DNA from: Gekko japonicus
Taxonomy: Eukaryota
Reading direction: 5' to 3'
Assembly: GCF_001447785.1 (NCBI RefSeq)
Contig: NW_015170892.1
Span: forward strand, 1,049,760 to 1,113,759
Length of the DNA: 64,000 nt
The translations under genes were made by a program, and so were the position numbers. The notes below the pieces were generated by a model. That model was not told the DNA's origin. It saw nothing but the letters and a program-made list of their open reading frames with translations, and did not search any database. How positions within the stretch are numbered: position 1 is the stretch's first letter; the number at the start of each line of letters is the position of its first letter. Positions 1 through 12,769 of this stretch are shown one piece after another.

Positions 1-711
1 TCACCAGTTGCTGAAGGACTATCCCTTGCCCTGTCCTATTGCTCTTCCTCTTCTTTAGAATCAGGGTGCAGGACTCTAGGCAGGAATCACCAAGTATGGT
101 TCTCCACTGTCTACCATTCTCTTTTTATTAAGCCAAATCTGCCCACATCCTACCTGCCCAAGAAGCAGGTGAAAGCAGCCCACACAATAAAGGGGAAAGG
201 ATCAGACCTGGATCCCTTGACCAAGGTTTTCTGCTTCAAAGTAGTGAAAAAGAAAGGGGGGGGAATAAAACAAAATAGGATAAGGGGTGTGCAAGTAGGA
301 AAGGGTTGGACAGAAAAAGAAATGAGGGTAGGAGAGAAAGACATAAAATCCTCCTTAATGGCAGTGGCACCTCATGTCAGACACTAATTTAACAGATATT
401 TTAATGTTTGATACTAACAGTATGTCAGTTTGAGTGATGCACTGTCATTTCAATAGTTAAAGTTATTGGTAGAGCAGCAGAAATGATGTATTATTATCTT
501 AATTCTTCATTTAAAGGTTTATTAAGGCATCAGGGAATTGAAACTGAGTGATGAATTTGAATTAATTTTTGAGGTGTCTGAGCACAGGCAAAATGCACCA
601 AGAGGTAGGTAGGTAGGCAGGCAGGCAGGTGACGCATCTCTGAAGTCTCGACAAAGGACAAGTGCTGGGGGTGGGGGTACCTTTAAAGGACTTCATTAGC
701 TCCCACTTGTT

Positions 712-990
712 TCCAGGTAAAATTTCAAAGTGCTGGGTATTGACCTATAAAGCCAATAATGGTATGGAGCTGGGATACTTGAAGGAAGCCTCTCCTTGTA
801 CAAATCTGCTTAAGAACTCCAGGTGAGACCTTTTTCAGGGTGGCCCCACTATCAGATGTTAGATCAGTAGCTGCCCGAGAGGACCTTTGGTGTGGCTAAT
901 ATGGAATTCCTTCCACAGGCATGTTTGTCTGACAAAACTTCAATTTCGTAGGTGCCAAGTGGTGTTTACCCACGCATTTAACACTGACTA
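712..990 (+). mobile_element. Old L2 3' fragment
   Basis: ttcaaagtgctgggtattgacctataaagcc (FKVL..TYKAL-like) and tggaattccttcca (WNSLP). Confidence 0.6.
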
Positions 991-1588
991 ATAGGAACTG
1001 TTGCTTCTGCTTATCAGCATGCTTTGCTGCTGTCTTATAGTATGTTTCAGCTTTTGTCTTGAGCTATTCTTTCAGCTAGCTTTATTGTTGAATTAATAGC
1101 TGTAAGCCATTCTGAATGGCATTTTTAACAAAAATAAATAAATATTTAGCAAGTATGTGACAAAATGAGCTATTCTTTCTGATAATTAATACTTGTGTTT
1201 GGAATTACCATGGACACCGTGTTATTCAGACCTGGAAGCACTTAGAAACTGCCACATCTTTCCCATTGTTAGAGAGGTGGCTGACAAAGGAAGCAGTGTT
1301 GATCCTTAATGGAGTCTACCAATATCAAAATCTAGCAGAAAGCTCTGATGCTAAAGGAGGAAGTGCAGGTCTCATCCATACTTATGCAAGAGAAAAAGTG
1401 CTAGAAGGCATTTTTTAAAGTTAGTTTGCTAAACATTTAAAAGAGCAAGATGCTTTTTTGGGAACAAGCAGCAAGTAAACCAGGAGTAAGCCAGCAGGCA
1501 CTGTGTAATTTCACAGAGCCCACCAGCACAGGCTTGTAAGGAAACTTAGCATTAGTTGAATATAAGATTGGGTACTCTTTTGGATCCA

Positions 1589-2183
1589 TCTATATACTAA
1601 TGGCCAAGAGGCCCCCTCTGTGCGGATATCTAAATCCGCACATCGGGGGCACTTGGGGGCAGAGAGATTTTCCTGCTCACTTGGGGCAGTCCCCAGGTGT
1701 GCAGAAAAATCTGAACATTTTTAAAAACTATATGGGAGATACTTAAATCCCCCCAAAAGTAAAAAAGCATTCCCTGTGCATGTGCAGAGAACTCTCTGGC
1801 CATGGGGGGTGCTCCAGGGCCCAGCAGTTGGGAGCCGCTCGGGGTGTGTGTGGGAGAAGGCTCGGGGATGTGTGGGAGAAGGCTCGGGGGGCCTGGCAGC
1901 TGGGAGCTGCTCAGGCCTCACCACCAGTGCCCAGGGGGAGTGGGAGAAGGGGGGCGGGGAGAAGGATTGGCGGGCCTCACTGTTGGTGACAGGGGGTTGG
2001 GGGGAGAATTGTTGGGCCCGGGCCTCGCTGTCGGGACGGGGGAGAAGGATTGGCGGGCCTGGGCCTCGCCGTTGCTGCTGGGGGGGGGGGGGAGAAGGGG
2101 AGAAGGATCACCTGTGGCTGCTTCCTCCTCCACGTGGAGCTCCTTCTCCCCCCCCCCCAAGTATCGCAGGTTCCTGTTTCTTG
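1589..2183 (+). mobile_element. Helitron-like non-autonomous element (CTTG end)
   Basis: A|TCTATATACTAAT start, ...caagtatcgcaggttcctgtttCTTG|T end; internal G-rich repeats; hairpin at 1611-1650. Confidence 0.55.
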
Positions 2184-2550
2184 TAAGTAGTATAAACACA
2201 TGCCACAAGAATAAATTGAAGTTTTCTCAATGAAAGGAAGTTCCTCCAAGAAGCTGTACTTGGAGTAGTGCTTATTCAAGCTAAATTCAGGGGATAAAAG
2301 TAAGGGATCCAAATTCACAGATTAATAAAGTCAGCCTGCACTGAATCCTCCTCCCCCCCCCCCAAGTATCGCAGGTTCCTGCTTCTTGTAAGTAGTATAA
2401 ACACATGCCACAAGAATAAATTGAAGTTTTCTCAATGAAAGGAAGTTCCTCCAAGAAGCTGTACTTGGAGTAGTGCTTATTCAAGCTAAATTCAGGGGAT
2501 AAAAGTAAGGGATCCAAATTCACAGATTAATAAAGTCAGCCTGCACTGAA
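2141..2550 (+). repeat. Tandem duplication, 2 x about 205 bp, near identical
   Basis: The ORF track shows identical peptides offset by 205 nt (ends 2318 and 2523); one substitution in the body (gtttct vs gcttct). Confidence 0.95.
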
Positions 2551-2699
2551 AGAGGTACCACTCCCCCTGAAAGAACAAGCTCATGGCTTGGGGGTGCAGA
2601 TTGGTCCTGGCCTATGATGGGAAGCCCATATTTCCTCCATGGTGCACTCATGCCTTTTGCCAGCTGCAGCCATTCCTTAAATAGGACTTGGTCCCAGTA

Positions 2700-3145
2700 A
2701 TCCATACTCTATTCACATCCAGACTAGATTACTGTAATGCTCTCTGCATAGGGTTGCCACTGAAGACTGTCCAGATGCTTTAATTATACAAAATGCTGCA
2801 GCTAGGCTACTGTTGGAGATTGGATTCAGAGAGAAGATCTGCGCTGCCTGCCTGTTTATTTCCAGGAAACCCCAAAAATTATGCTTCCTTCTGTTAAAGC
2901 CCATATCAGTTTTGGACCAAACTACACAAAAAAGAATCTTTGGTATCTTTCTGCCTGCCAGTTAAGACCTTAATCACAGGACATGTTCTGTGCCTTCTTA
3001 CCTATGGAAGTACAGTGGGTGGAAATCAGAGACAGGGCTTTCTCAGTCATGTTGCCCTAACTGTGGAATATCTTCTTCTGGAAGTCCACCCGGTACTTAC
3101 TCTTGTGGCTTTTAGATATGAGATTAAGATGTTTTTATTCACCAG
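2700..3145 (+). mobile_element. Old L2 3' fragment
   Basis: tccagactagattactgtaatgctctc encodes SRLDYCNAL; QNAAARL motif follows. Confidence 0.7.
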
Positions 3146-3589
3146 TGATGCACTCTCTCTGCTCCAAACCACTTTGGGCTAGGTTGCTGCTCAGATCTCA
3201 CAATATACTGTCACAAGAACACACTTCAGCATCATTTTGATTGAGTTTACTCTCCATGTGGGGGAGGTCCGCCCATTTTAGTTTTGGGATTCCCACAGGT
3301 TTGTAGAAAAATCTCCCCTTTTTATACCTGGTCCCAATGTTTGAATTTTTGATCAGCACTCTGAGACCAAGTTAAGAATGAAATATATTATTCGATAAAT
3401 CTTTGGTACAAACATATTTAGAGAATATTGTGTACAGTTCCAGTCATCTACATATCCAAAAGGATGTCACAGAGCATTACCACTGGGTCACTAAGAAACC
3501 CTTCTCACTTTACCATCATGGCATGGAAGCCCATGCATCATTACATTAATGAGTACATTAAAATTCAATAGTATGAAGAGTGCCAGTAC

Positions 3590-3995
3590 AGAGAAATTGT
3601 TCTCTCTTGGAAAACATTCGAATAGGGATGTCCAGTGAAATGAACACAGTAGATTCAGGATTAATACAATTGAAGTTCTTCACAAAATACTTCACAGAAG
3701 AATTAATTGTCACAAGATGGTACTGATAGCTACTTGTTCATACAGCTTCCAAAGAGGATTAGACAAAGTCATAAAGGATCAGTCTATCAATAACCAGAAG
3801 CTGTGCCTATAAACAGCTAGAATCTCCAAGTTCAGAGGTAATACATTTGAGTACCAGATGCTGAGAACAAACTACAGGAGAATATAAATCATCAACATGA
3901 TCTTGGACAGTTTCTTGGATTATTAAGCCAGCAGTGTAGATAAACTGCTGGACTGGAAGGATCTTTTGTTTTATCTAGCCGGGCAATTCTTACAT
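3590..3995 (+). mobile_element. Old CR1 3' fragment
   Basis: Degenerate match to the CR1 3' end (agaggattagacaaagtcat...tctatcaataac...ttcttacat). Confidence 0.6.
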
Positions 3996-6624
3996 CCTCA
4001 CTGTACAAGCTGTCTAATGACAGAGATCTTTTGCCCCTTGAGTAGGTGAAATGGAAGAACTTTCACTATAGGACTTTACTCTGTCATGGCATACCAAATT
4101 GCAAGTAAAGTCTGGGGTTAATTCATTTTAAGAGGTAAGAGCATAAGGTGTGGGTCATTCCATACCATGAACTCCAAGGATGCTCCAGAAATCCAGGCAG
4201 TAAAGCAGAGCAGATCACTTTCTCTACAAAGTTACTCTGGCATTCAGAAAAACCTACTGCATCATTGTTCCCGCATTGCTAAGGTGCCATGTAAATCTTC
4301 TGTATAAGGCTTTCCCACGTGTTTTTTTTTTCATAGGTTCTGGTCGCATACTGCTTCAGTTTATCTCAATTTCTGCACACATTTTTGTGCCTTTAACTTT
4401 TGTGTTGGGTTTTTTGTTTGTTTGTTTCTCCAGGTATTTTCTGTTTCTTTTGATACAACTTTTATCCCAAGTTTTTTTCTGGAAGCTGATTTTGAGTCGC
4501 CTTCTTCCTCATGCATAACATTTCTGTCGGTATTCTGTGGTCATCATCAAACCACTCCCTCTCCTCCACCCCCACCTTGCAGACGGGTTGCATTTTTTTA
4601 ATGGCACTAAAAGATCGATATCTCAATATACTGAATAACAGATCAAGCAGGTTCCTCTGAATTCACAGATTTCATTAAAAAAATAAGTCTCTAGCCTCTT
4701 GCTTTGTGGAGATATAAGGAAAAAGGCACATCTCCAGGAGGGTAAGGCCTAGAGACTTACTTTTTGTTTCAAATAAAAGCTAGGAAATGAGAGAACCTGC
4801 CTGACCTATTGTTACAGCAGTATATTGAGATACTGATATTTTATTAATCTTCTTTTTAAAAAATGCAGCCGTGATATCAATATAGGCAAGTGCAAAAAAT
4901 AAATAAAAGGGGGGGGGTGGATGCTGTGACACCACTGATGATGGTAGCCTCCTTCCTTCCTTGACTCTAAACTGATTCTACAACTGTGAAAATGCAGAGG
5001 GAGGGCAGATGAGTAGAGGACCCATGCCCTGACTGGTTCCACTGCTTGTGGATCAACTCCCAAGAAAATCAGGAGCAAGTTGAGCATGTGCCCACAGTTT
5101 AGGCAACTTGTGTTGTTTTGAACTGGTGGGAATGGCCATCTAATCCAGAACGCATTGTGTGAGTGTGGTTCAGAGCCACACCAGCTACTTAAATCATGGG
5201 CATGAAGAGTTTGTGTCTGACTTAGTGATGTGGAAGAAACTCAAAAGCAGCAGCTCTCATAAGTCTAAGGTATCATTTTAATAGGACCTAAGATGGTTTC
5301 ATCAGAAAAAGGAGGAAATTTACTGCATTTCTCTTACCCCTTTGGAGGAAAGATGACGCACGGCATGACATGCCTGAAAACGTCCTGCTGAATTCCTGTG
5401 TTGTGAACTATGCGCGTCAACTGAACATGGATTTGACTAGAAGGGTTTCTTCACCGGCTTGCTGAAATCCCCACCCTTATAGTAAATTAAATTTGCTTTT
5501 AGAAAAAGGCTTTGAAGAGACTAAACATTTAGCTAATTCCTCTTTTATCACATCTGACTCAGACACAATCTGCCTGTAAGGGAACTTTTGACAGGAAGCA
5601 CCTATATCAGGCATGTTTTTAAATGGTAAAAAATGCAGGCCAGGTGTTCTTTCCTCCTGTACAAGAGGGCAAATCTGGGGAGGCCAACCTTTTTTTCAGC
5701 AGCTGTACCAAGAGAAATAAAATCTGGGGCAGTCTAGTTCAAGAAATTATACCTCTGTGCTTTTGAACAACAGGTTTGATACATACATAAAACAATACTT
5801 TTCCCTCCCTCTGTGCCCAGTTTTTTTGTATTTGTGCAGAAAAATAATTCTGGTATGGGTTCTCTACTTGCTTCAGCATGTTTAAAAATTTAGAAGAACA
5901 TTTTGCCAGGATTTGGGTGATGACAAGATTACGTTCATAAGAAACCTTCTCAACATGTATTTTTGGAATCATACAATATTGCCAGTTAGGTACACTTAGA
6001 GATGGGCCACATTTAGATTATGCTTTTTACCAAAACAGTATTTTTAAAAATTGCTCTCAGTGGCAAGAGTTCATTGGCTTTCCTCAATCTCAGCTGGAAA
6101 TATGGAAACTTCCATGTTTTCTTTCAGAATAAGGGCAGGGATATTCAGGCTCTCTATCTTCTTCATTTGGCACTAAAATAGTTCATTTCAGACTCACCCC
6201 TAAGGACCACGTTAAGCAAAGGTGCCATGACGATTCAAGAAGGACATTTCCTGAGAAATTAGCAGAGTAGTAGAAGCTCCTTCAGCAGTAAGTAATCAAT
6301 ATTATTTATCACATTTTTTACCCCACCCTTCCTCCAAGGAGCTCAGGGCAGCATACATAGTTCTCCTTTCCGCATTTTATCCTTGTAATCACAATCATGT
6401 GATGATGTGGCATTGCCCAAGGTCACCCAGCAAGTTTCATGGCACAGTGAGAATTAGAACCCCAGTGTCTCAGGTCCTAGACAAGCACTGACTCTCTAAT
6501 GTAGATAGCTCTAAGAAGCCTTCAAGCAACAAAAACAAAAGCAGCCACCCATTTTCAGCTACCACAGTCAGGTAAGGGTAGTGCCATTTCTAGCAGCAAC
6601 CCTCCCTAAGAGCTCCATATCATT

Positions 6625-7040
6625 TTATTTGTTTGTTTGTTTATTTTTATTTTATTAGATTTTTATCCTGCCCTTCCCCCAGAATGGGGCTCAGGGTAGT
6701 TAACAACATAAAACGCAATAACAATAACAAAACCATAATCTCAATAAAATCCAATTAAAAACCTCAACACACAGTTAGCAAAACTAACACTTTTGGCATA
6801 AAAATCAACAGTGTTGGTGGTAGAGTCCAACATAATTACATTCGTGGAATGCCTTGTGACCCTACGGAATGCATACAGGTCCCACAGGGCACAAGTCTCC
6901 TCAGACAAAGCATCCATCAGGTCAGGGCCATGATGGAAAAGGGCCTCGCCCTTATCACACTCAAACGGGTGAAACGAGGGCCAGGCACTACTAAAAGCCT
7001 ACATGTGGCAGAACAAAGACACTGGTTAGTACAGTAAGGG
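6625..7040 (-). mobile_element. L2-type 3' end fragment
   Basis: tttatcctgcccttcccc...ggctcagggtagttaaca is the reverse of the L2 tail seen at 15755-15829. Confidence 0.55.
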
Positions 7041-8488
7041 ACAGCAGAAACAGTTATAAATTCACATACCTACAGTTTTACCAAATTGATGGGTTACTTC
7101 AGTCAGAGACAGAGTGTGAAAAAATGATTTTGTTTGGAACTCCTCCTTAAAACCAAGAATCTCAGCCTACTGAAATAGGGCTAGCTTGTGTGTTGGAATA
7201 TTTCCCTAAATCCTCTCACAAGTCCCCAACCTACTATTTCCCTAAGTATACTGGCTCCATTCTTGCCTCTTTATTGGTCCCAGAGCCCTGTATATTTATA
7301 CTACAGATGTCTGAGTTCTTTTCCTTCACTGGACAAAGCTTAACTACCTAACTAATCTCCTGGTAGTTTTCCCTGTTTCTCTGTTGCTTTTTCAAGTCCC
7401 ATCTGAGAAAATGACAGACCTTCCCTCAACGCTCCTCCCCCTCCCAGAGGTTCCATAGCCTCTCAATGACTCATGTTGCTTAGTACCTACCTACTCCCTC
7501 TGTAGGTAGGGATTTGCTGGGATGCCTGGGGGGCGGAACTTAAGAGGCTGTCTGTCACACCACTCTCTGGCAAACTCCAGCTGCCTTGATATTTACGGAG
7601 CCTTGGGTTTTTGCCTCACTCCCTCAGCCCTGGATTTGACTCCCTGGCAGCCGGAGCCTTCCTCTTTACACTACATTCCGCCTTCCCTTGCCTTCTACAT
7701 TTAACCTCCTTCGCCTTCAAGTTGTCTCCTCACTTCATAGTAGCACCCTGATTTGGCTATTTTAAAATTCTTCCTCTCATCTTCCACAGCATTACTACTA
7801 TCTTGTAGCTCAAGGTCATTTTCATACCTTCAACACATGAAGCTGCCTTACAGTAGCCATGTTCACATATTACAACGATTGCATGTATACTCTACACATA
7901 GGTACATATATCCGCTTGTAAAAAAAAAAAAGCAAACACACATTCACTTCAGGGATAAACGTATGTTTTAAGTTATGCATTGAGCTATACATGCATTGAA
8001 TGTAATCTATTTACTTATGTACAGAAAAAAATCAAGTGTATACTGTACATGGATTCAGTGTGCATTCACTATAATTTGTGAACCCCTCAGCAGGTACCCA
8101 TGTAAAGTAGTAACATTTTTAGAAATTTGGATTTCTACAGCGAAGCGCCTGATTCACTGGCTGCTGAGTTAGAGATGAAACCACATGGCCCTACTTCTTC
8201 TCAAGGAGGAGCATCTGGGAGAAATGGATTAAAGGGTTTAGTCCTACTCTAGGGAAGAAAGGAAAAGACTGGAAGTGATCCAAAGCTTGTTACACCTGCA
8301 AATATATATGTATTTCTAATAGGGAAGGACATTTGGAGTTCTAATTTTCAGACTATCTGATCATTGTTAAATCTATCTGTATTATAGGCCATCCACCAGA
8401 GTCCTAGGAGCTCCTCCATGCAGCTCAGGACTGTAATTCTGTATCAAACATTATGAAATCTATAGTGACTTTAAATTCATTTAACTTA

Positions 8489-8857
8489 GGCCCCAGTCAC
8501 ACGGCAAAGTTGCTGCGGGAGAGGCACGGATGGTGGGCGGATTATCCGGGCGCGATCACACCCCAACATCTGGGAAGTGGAGCGCACCGGTGGCTTACCG
8601 CCGACAATGCGCCTTAAAAAAACCTAGTACCTCCAAGGTACTAGTAAACGTTTGCCATGGGCTGCCTCCAGACACCCATGGTGTGATCGCGCCAGCGCGC
8701 AGCATTCCCCTCCGGTCCCTCGTTTACCCACCGGTGATGAGGGAAGGACTGGTGGTGTGCCGCCGGCACGTCTGATTGCGTAATCGTGCATCAAACTGCG
8801 CCGGGGCAATTAGCCACGCCTCCCCCCCTGCGATATCTGGCCTGTGTGACCGGGGCC
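8489..8857. mobile_element. PIF/Harbinger-like MITE
   Basis: TIR ggccccagtcacacg / tgtgtgaccggggcc; 3-bp flanks tta / ata; related to 30623-30997. Confidence 0.75.
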
Positions 8858-9645
8858 ATAAGAACATAAGAAAAGCACTGCTGGATCAGACCAATGGTCC
8901 ATCTAGTCCAGCATCCTGTCTCATGTGGTGGCCAACCAGTTCCTCTAGAGGGCCAACAACAGGGCACAGAGGCTGAGACCTTCCCCTGATGTTGCCTCCT
9001 GGCTCTGGGATTCAGAGGTTTAATACCTCTGAATGTGGTTGTCCTTAGTCATGATGGCTAATAGCATTGATAGACCTATCCTCCATGAATCTGTCTAATC
9101 CCTTTTTAAAGCTGCTTATTCCTGTGGCCATCACTACATCCTCTGGCAGTGAATTCCACATTTTAATCACATTCTGTGTAAAGAAGAATTTTGTTTTATC
9201 CATCCTGAATTTACTGCCCATCTGCTTCATTGGATGCCCTTGAGTTCTAGTATTTTGGGAGGGAGAAAAAATTCTCTTTGTCTACTCTCTTTATTCCATG
9301 CATAATTTTTAAACCTCCGTCATCCCCCCCCCCCAAGTCATCTATTTTCTAAACTGAAAAGTCCCAGACTCTTCAGTCTTTCCTCATAGGGAAGGTATTC
9401 CAGCCCCCTAATCATCCTGGTTGCCCTCTCCTGTACTTTTTCCAGCTCTGCAATGTCTTTTTTGAGATACAATGACAAGAACTATACACAGTATTCCGAA
9501 TGAAGCCACACCATAGATCTATACAGGGGCATTATAATACTGGTTGTTTTATTTTCAATCCCTTTCCTATTAATCCCTGACACAGAGTTTGCCTTTTTTC
9601 ACTGCTGCAGCACACTGGGTTGACACTTTCATTGAGCTATTTGAC
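8858..9645 (-). mobile_element. CR1 LINE 3' fragment
   Basis: ORF 9045..9230 FFTQNVIKMWNSLPEDVVMA...FKKGLDRFMED is a CR1 ORF2 C-terminus; (ttcttatg)n tail on the minus strand. Confidence 0.9.
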
Positions 9646-10095
9646 TTTAGCAATTCCACCTTCCAGTTCAATCAGTGATCAAATTCACTCTGCATCCAAC
9701 CATATTTTACCTTTAAATATAGTGAAATATTGTCACTGACAAAGTCTTTATGCGCACCCATGTATCTCACATGTAGTTCTGGTTTGCTTCAACAAAATGC
9801 ATTTTACATACATACTGATAGGTTGCCTAATGGAAGAAACTTGGCAAATTTAAAAGGCTACTGTATGGGCTTACATCATGAATATCACATTTCCCTAATA
9901 CCAGAATCCAAGGAGGAGGGAGATGGATGCAACAAAGTTTCATCATCACCTTCTCATGTCCTCTTACAATATCTTCATGAATCAAACTCAATGATGTATT
10001 TATTTTTACAAATATCTCATTCTCATAATACACCCATGCAGTGAAAGGCATCTTTATTTTTTTACTTAAAAACAGTTATCTTTCTCAATACTTAC

Positions 10096-10187
10096 CATCT
10101 TCAAAAACTGCGCCAATTTGAAAAGACAATTCCGAGCTATGCTCTGCTTCACATGGATAGACTGCTCTTGCTTTTCTGCTGACAACA
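10096..10187 (-). CDS. ARHGAP10: ARHGAP10 coding exon (92 nt), first part of SH3: VVSRKARAVYPCEAEHSSELSFQIGAVFED
   Basis: tttgcag acceptor, gtaagt donor; RKARAVYPCEAEHSSELSF is the GRAF2 SH3 sequence. The terminal exon was not found in 1-10095. Confidence 0.95.
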
Positions 10188-11308
10188 CTGCAAAACCATC
10201 AAAGCCAAAGATCCTTATTAGTGGCTCATTTTTCATTCTGCAGGATCAGTGTACAACTCTGAATTTTTAAGAGAATGTGGGAAATATTGTCCACACAGTC
10301 TATGCAACAAGACAATCCTTCATTTTATTTAAGCTTAATTTAAAAGAGTATCTGGTCCTACAAAGATACCTGCTTCCCTCCAAATATCACCTGTCAATCT
10401 GATCGGCTGCTTGATAAAAGCAGAATATTTAAGGTATCAAAGATATCAAAGATAATGTGTACTTTACTACAGATGAGACTTTTAGGAGTGTTTAAAGCAT
10501 ATTAATCCAAAGTCAACAAAATCCTAACACATTTGGGGACAGCATAGCTCCTCTTCAGGGGAATGTTTTCTGCAACAGTAAAACCCTCTCAAAACAATCT
10601 AAATAGGCATTAATGTCTTATGTTCAGAAAGCTACATTCTGATTTGTAATTTAACAGCTCATAACCACCAAAACAAACCTGGTATCTGACATATTAAGGG
10701 GAAATAATTTGAGTAGTGAAATGGGAATCCATTGGATTCATTTTGGTCTCATGCAACTGCCACTAGATTTATTTTGTATTCCAAAGTAAATCTAGAGCAG
10801 TGGTGAGGGCAGTGATGCGAGAAAAGAAGAACTTGACGAAAAATATAGCTGCACACTGCTTGCTGCTCTGTACAGAGATATCACACAGTGTAAGTGGAAT
10901 ATGTCCATAGTACCATGACTCAATTATGTCACACAATGTGTAGATTTCTGTCTATAGCGAGTATAGATAGTGACACCTTCCCTTCCATATCCAGTTCCAT
11001 CCACAGAGCCTCACTGTGGCCAGATCTCACAATCGGACCATCCAGAGGCTGTACTTTTGAACTGGACTCTCTATCACTCTAAGCCCCTCCCCTCTGTGCA
11101 AAAACAAATGTCCTACCTGTACCATGAGTTTATTATCTTAAAGTGTGTACAATACTATACTTAACATTAAAAGAAACACTTTAGCTGGCACACTGCCTAT
11201 ATACTGCATAATATGATTTACAGGGTGGAAAACCCCTAATGTTGTTTTCCTTATAACACAAGAGAAATGGGGATAAAAAATAAAAGCTGCTAAAGAGCAT
11301 AGTATTAC

Positions 11309-11443
11309 CATCCAGCTGGTCTGTCAGTTTCACCGGCAGGGGAGGGGAAAGAGAAAGATGGGGGCGTTGGTGCTACTGAGGTAGGTGCTGTACTTGACTG
11401 CACATTCATCCAGGAAACCATTGACGAATGAGTCTGGCTGGGA
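11309..11443 (-). CDS. ARHGAP10: ARHGAP10 coding exon (135 nt), Pro-rich linker: PSQTHSSMVSWMNVQSSTAPTSVAPTPPSFSFPSPAGETDRPAG(C)
   Basis: Lies within ORF 11305..11541; tctttcag acceptor, gtaata donor; phase 2-2; resembles PGQTRSSMVQWLNPQS. Confidence 0.9.
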
Positions 11444-12404
11444 CTGAAAGAAGACATTTTCAGGAAAGAATTAGCATTTAGTATGTTCAAATCAGTATCA
11501 TTCAATCTGGACCTTTTGTGAGTAGTCAGCTTCAGTTTCAAGATCAGTGAAGTCGATTAAATTATTTGCCAGCTATCATAATGCATTTTCTGCCCTCATA
11601 TTACGCCTTTTAAATATGCTGCCATCCTTCTACAAAGGTTGTATTCATAGCAACCCTCCTAATAAAAAGAAACATTCTTGCTTTGTATGATGTAGGTAAA
11701 TATGATTTTATCCTTTACTGAGCTAGCTTTATTGCTGAGTATGAGCCATGCTGTGCTCTTGTAGCACAAGGAGGAGGCTGAGCTAAATGCTGACGTTTAT
11801 ACAGGAGAGGGTTAGTTGGCAGCCAGTGTGCTCTAATGAAAGCCTGAGAACATCAAACAACTGCTAATAGCTTGCCTAACAAGGAATTACAGACTGTTAT
11901 ATTGTCAGGAACTCCAGTTAACATCTCTCCTGAGAGAGATGGATAAGTATGTCTGTCCTGCATTGGATTTTTACTTTTTAGAGAGAGCCTCTTCTCGCCT
12001 TCAAAAACCTGCAAAATCTCCGCTGACTGGCAAGACCTCAGGTAGGCAAGACCATCACCCACTACCCAGTCCTTTTTAACCAAAGATGCTGGGGACTGAA
12101 CCTGGGACCTTCTGGGTGCAAGGCAGATGACTTACCAGTGAGTCACAAGATATTCTACAGAGTGATGATGTACCTTCCTACTGTCTGGCCTGAAGTGAAA
12201 GGAGGTTCCTCATGGCATGTTGTTTTCCCTGGTATATTAATTCACTTATAAAGGTTTAAAGCCTATGTCATTCATCCGTAGCCTGTGGTGACTTGACACA
12301 GACTGCTGGTAGAAGCTGTGTTAAGTTACATCAGTTTGAGTCTGTTGATACAAAAGGGCCTATATATAATGGGCTACAGGAATTGTGGTAAAAGATTAAC
12401 CTCC

Positions 12405-12592
12405 ACACCACACTGGCTCTAGAATGCCGAACTATGACCAAAGAGACTAGGGTTCAAACCCCCTCTCAGCCACAAAGCTCATTGGGTGAACTTGGGCTAG
12501 TTACTCTGCCTCAGCTTCTCTCAGGGTTGCTGAGGGGATAATCAAGTACACTGTCCTGGGCTCCTTGGAGGGAGGGAAAAGATAAAAATGTA
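12405..12592 (+). mobile_element. Old tRNA-derived SINE (similar remnants at 6300-6490 minus, 51770-51965 and 58450-58970)
   Basis: B-box ggttcaaaccc, gaacttgggctagttactct, cagggttg core. Confidence 0.5.
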
Positions 12593-12769
12593 CTAGATAG
12601 ACAAATGACAAAGTGTATTCTTTTCAACTGTTATCTATGGTATAAAACTGAAGGATACTTAGGAATAGTAAGTTAGAAAAAACACCCCGAGAAGCACAGA
12701 TACTTGAGAGCTCTGCTGCTTCCTCCCCAGCATTACAAAAAATTAGACATGCTGTAGAGAGTTCAGGGA

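Noticed and set aside
6825-6870. Possible terminal ARHGAP10 exon (aacataatt could encode NYV on the minus strand)
   Set aside because: No GWLEG or GLIP context, and it lies in an L2 remnant; the last exon is probably outside the window.
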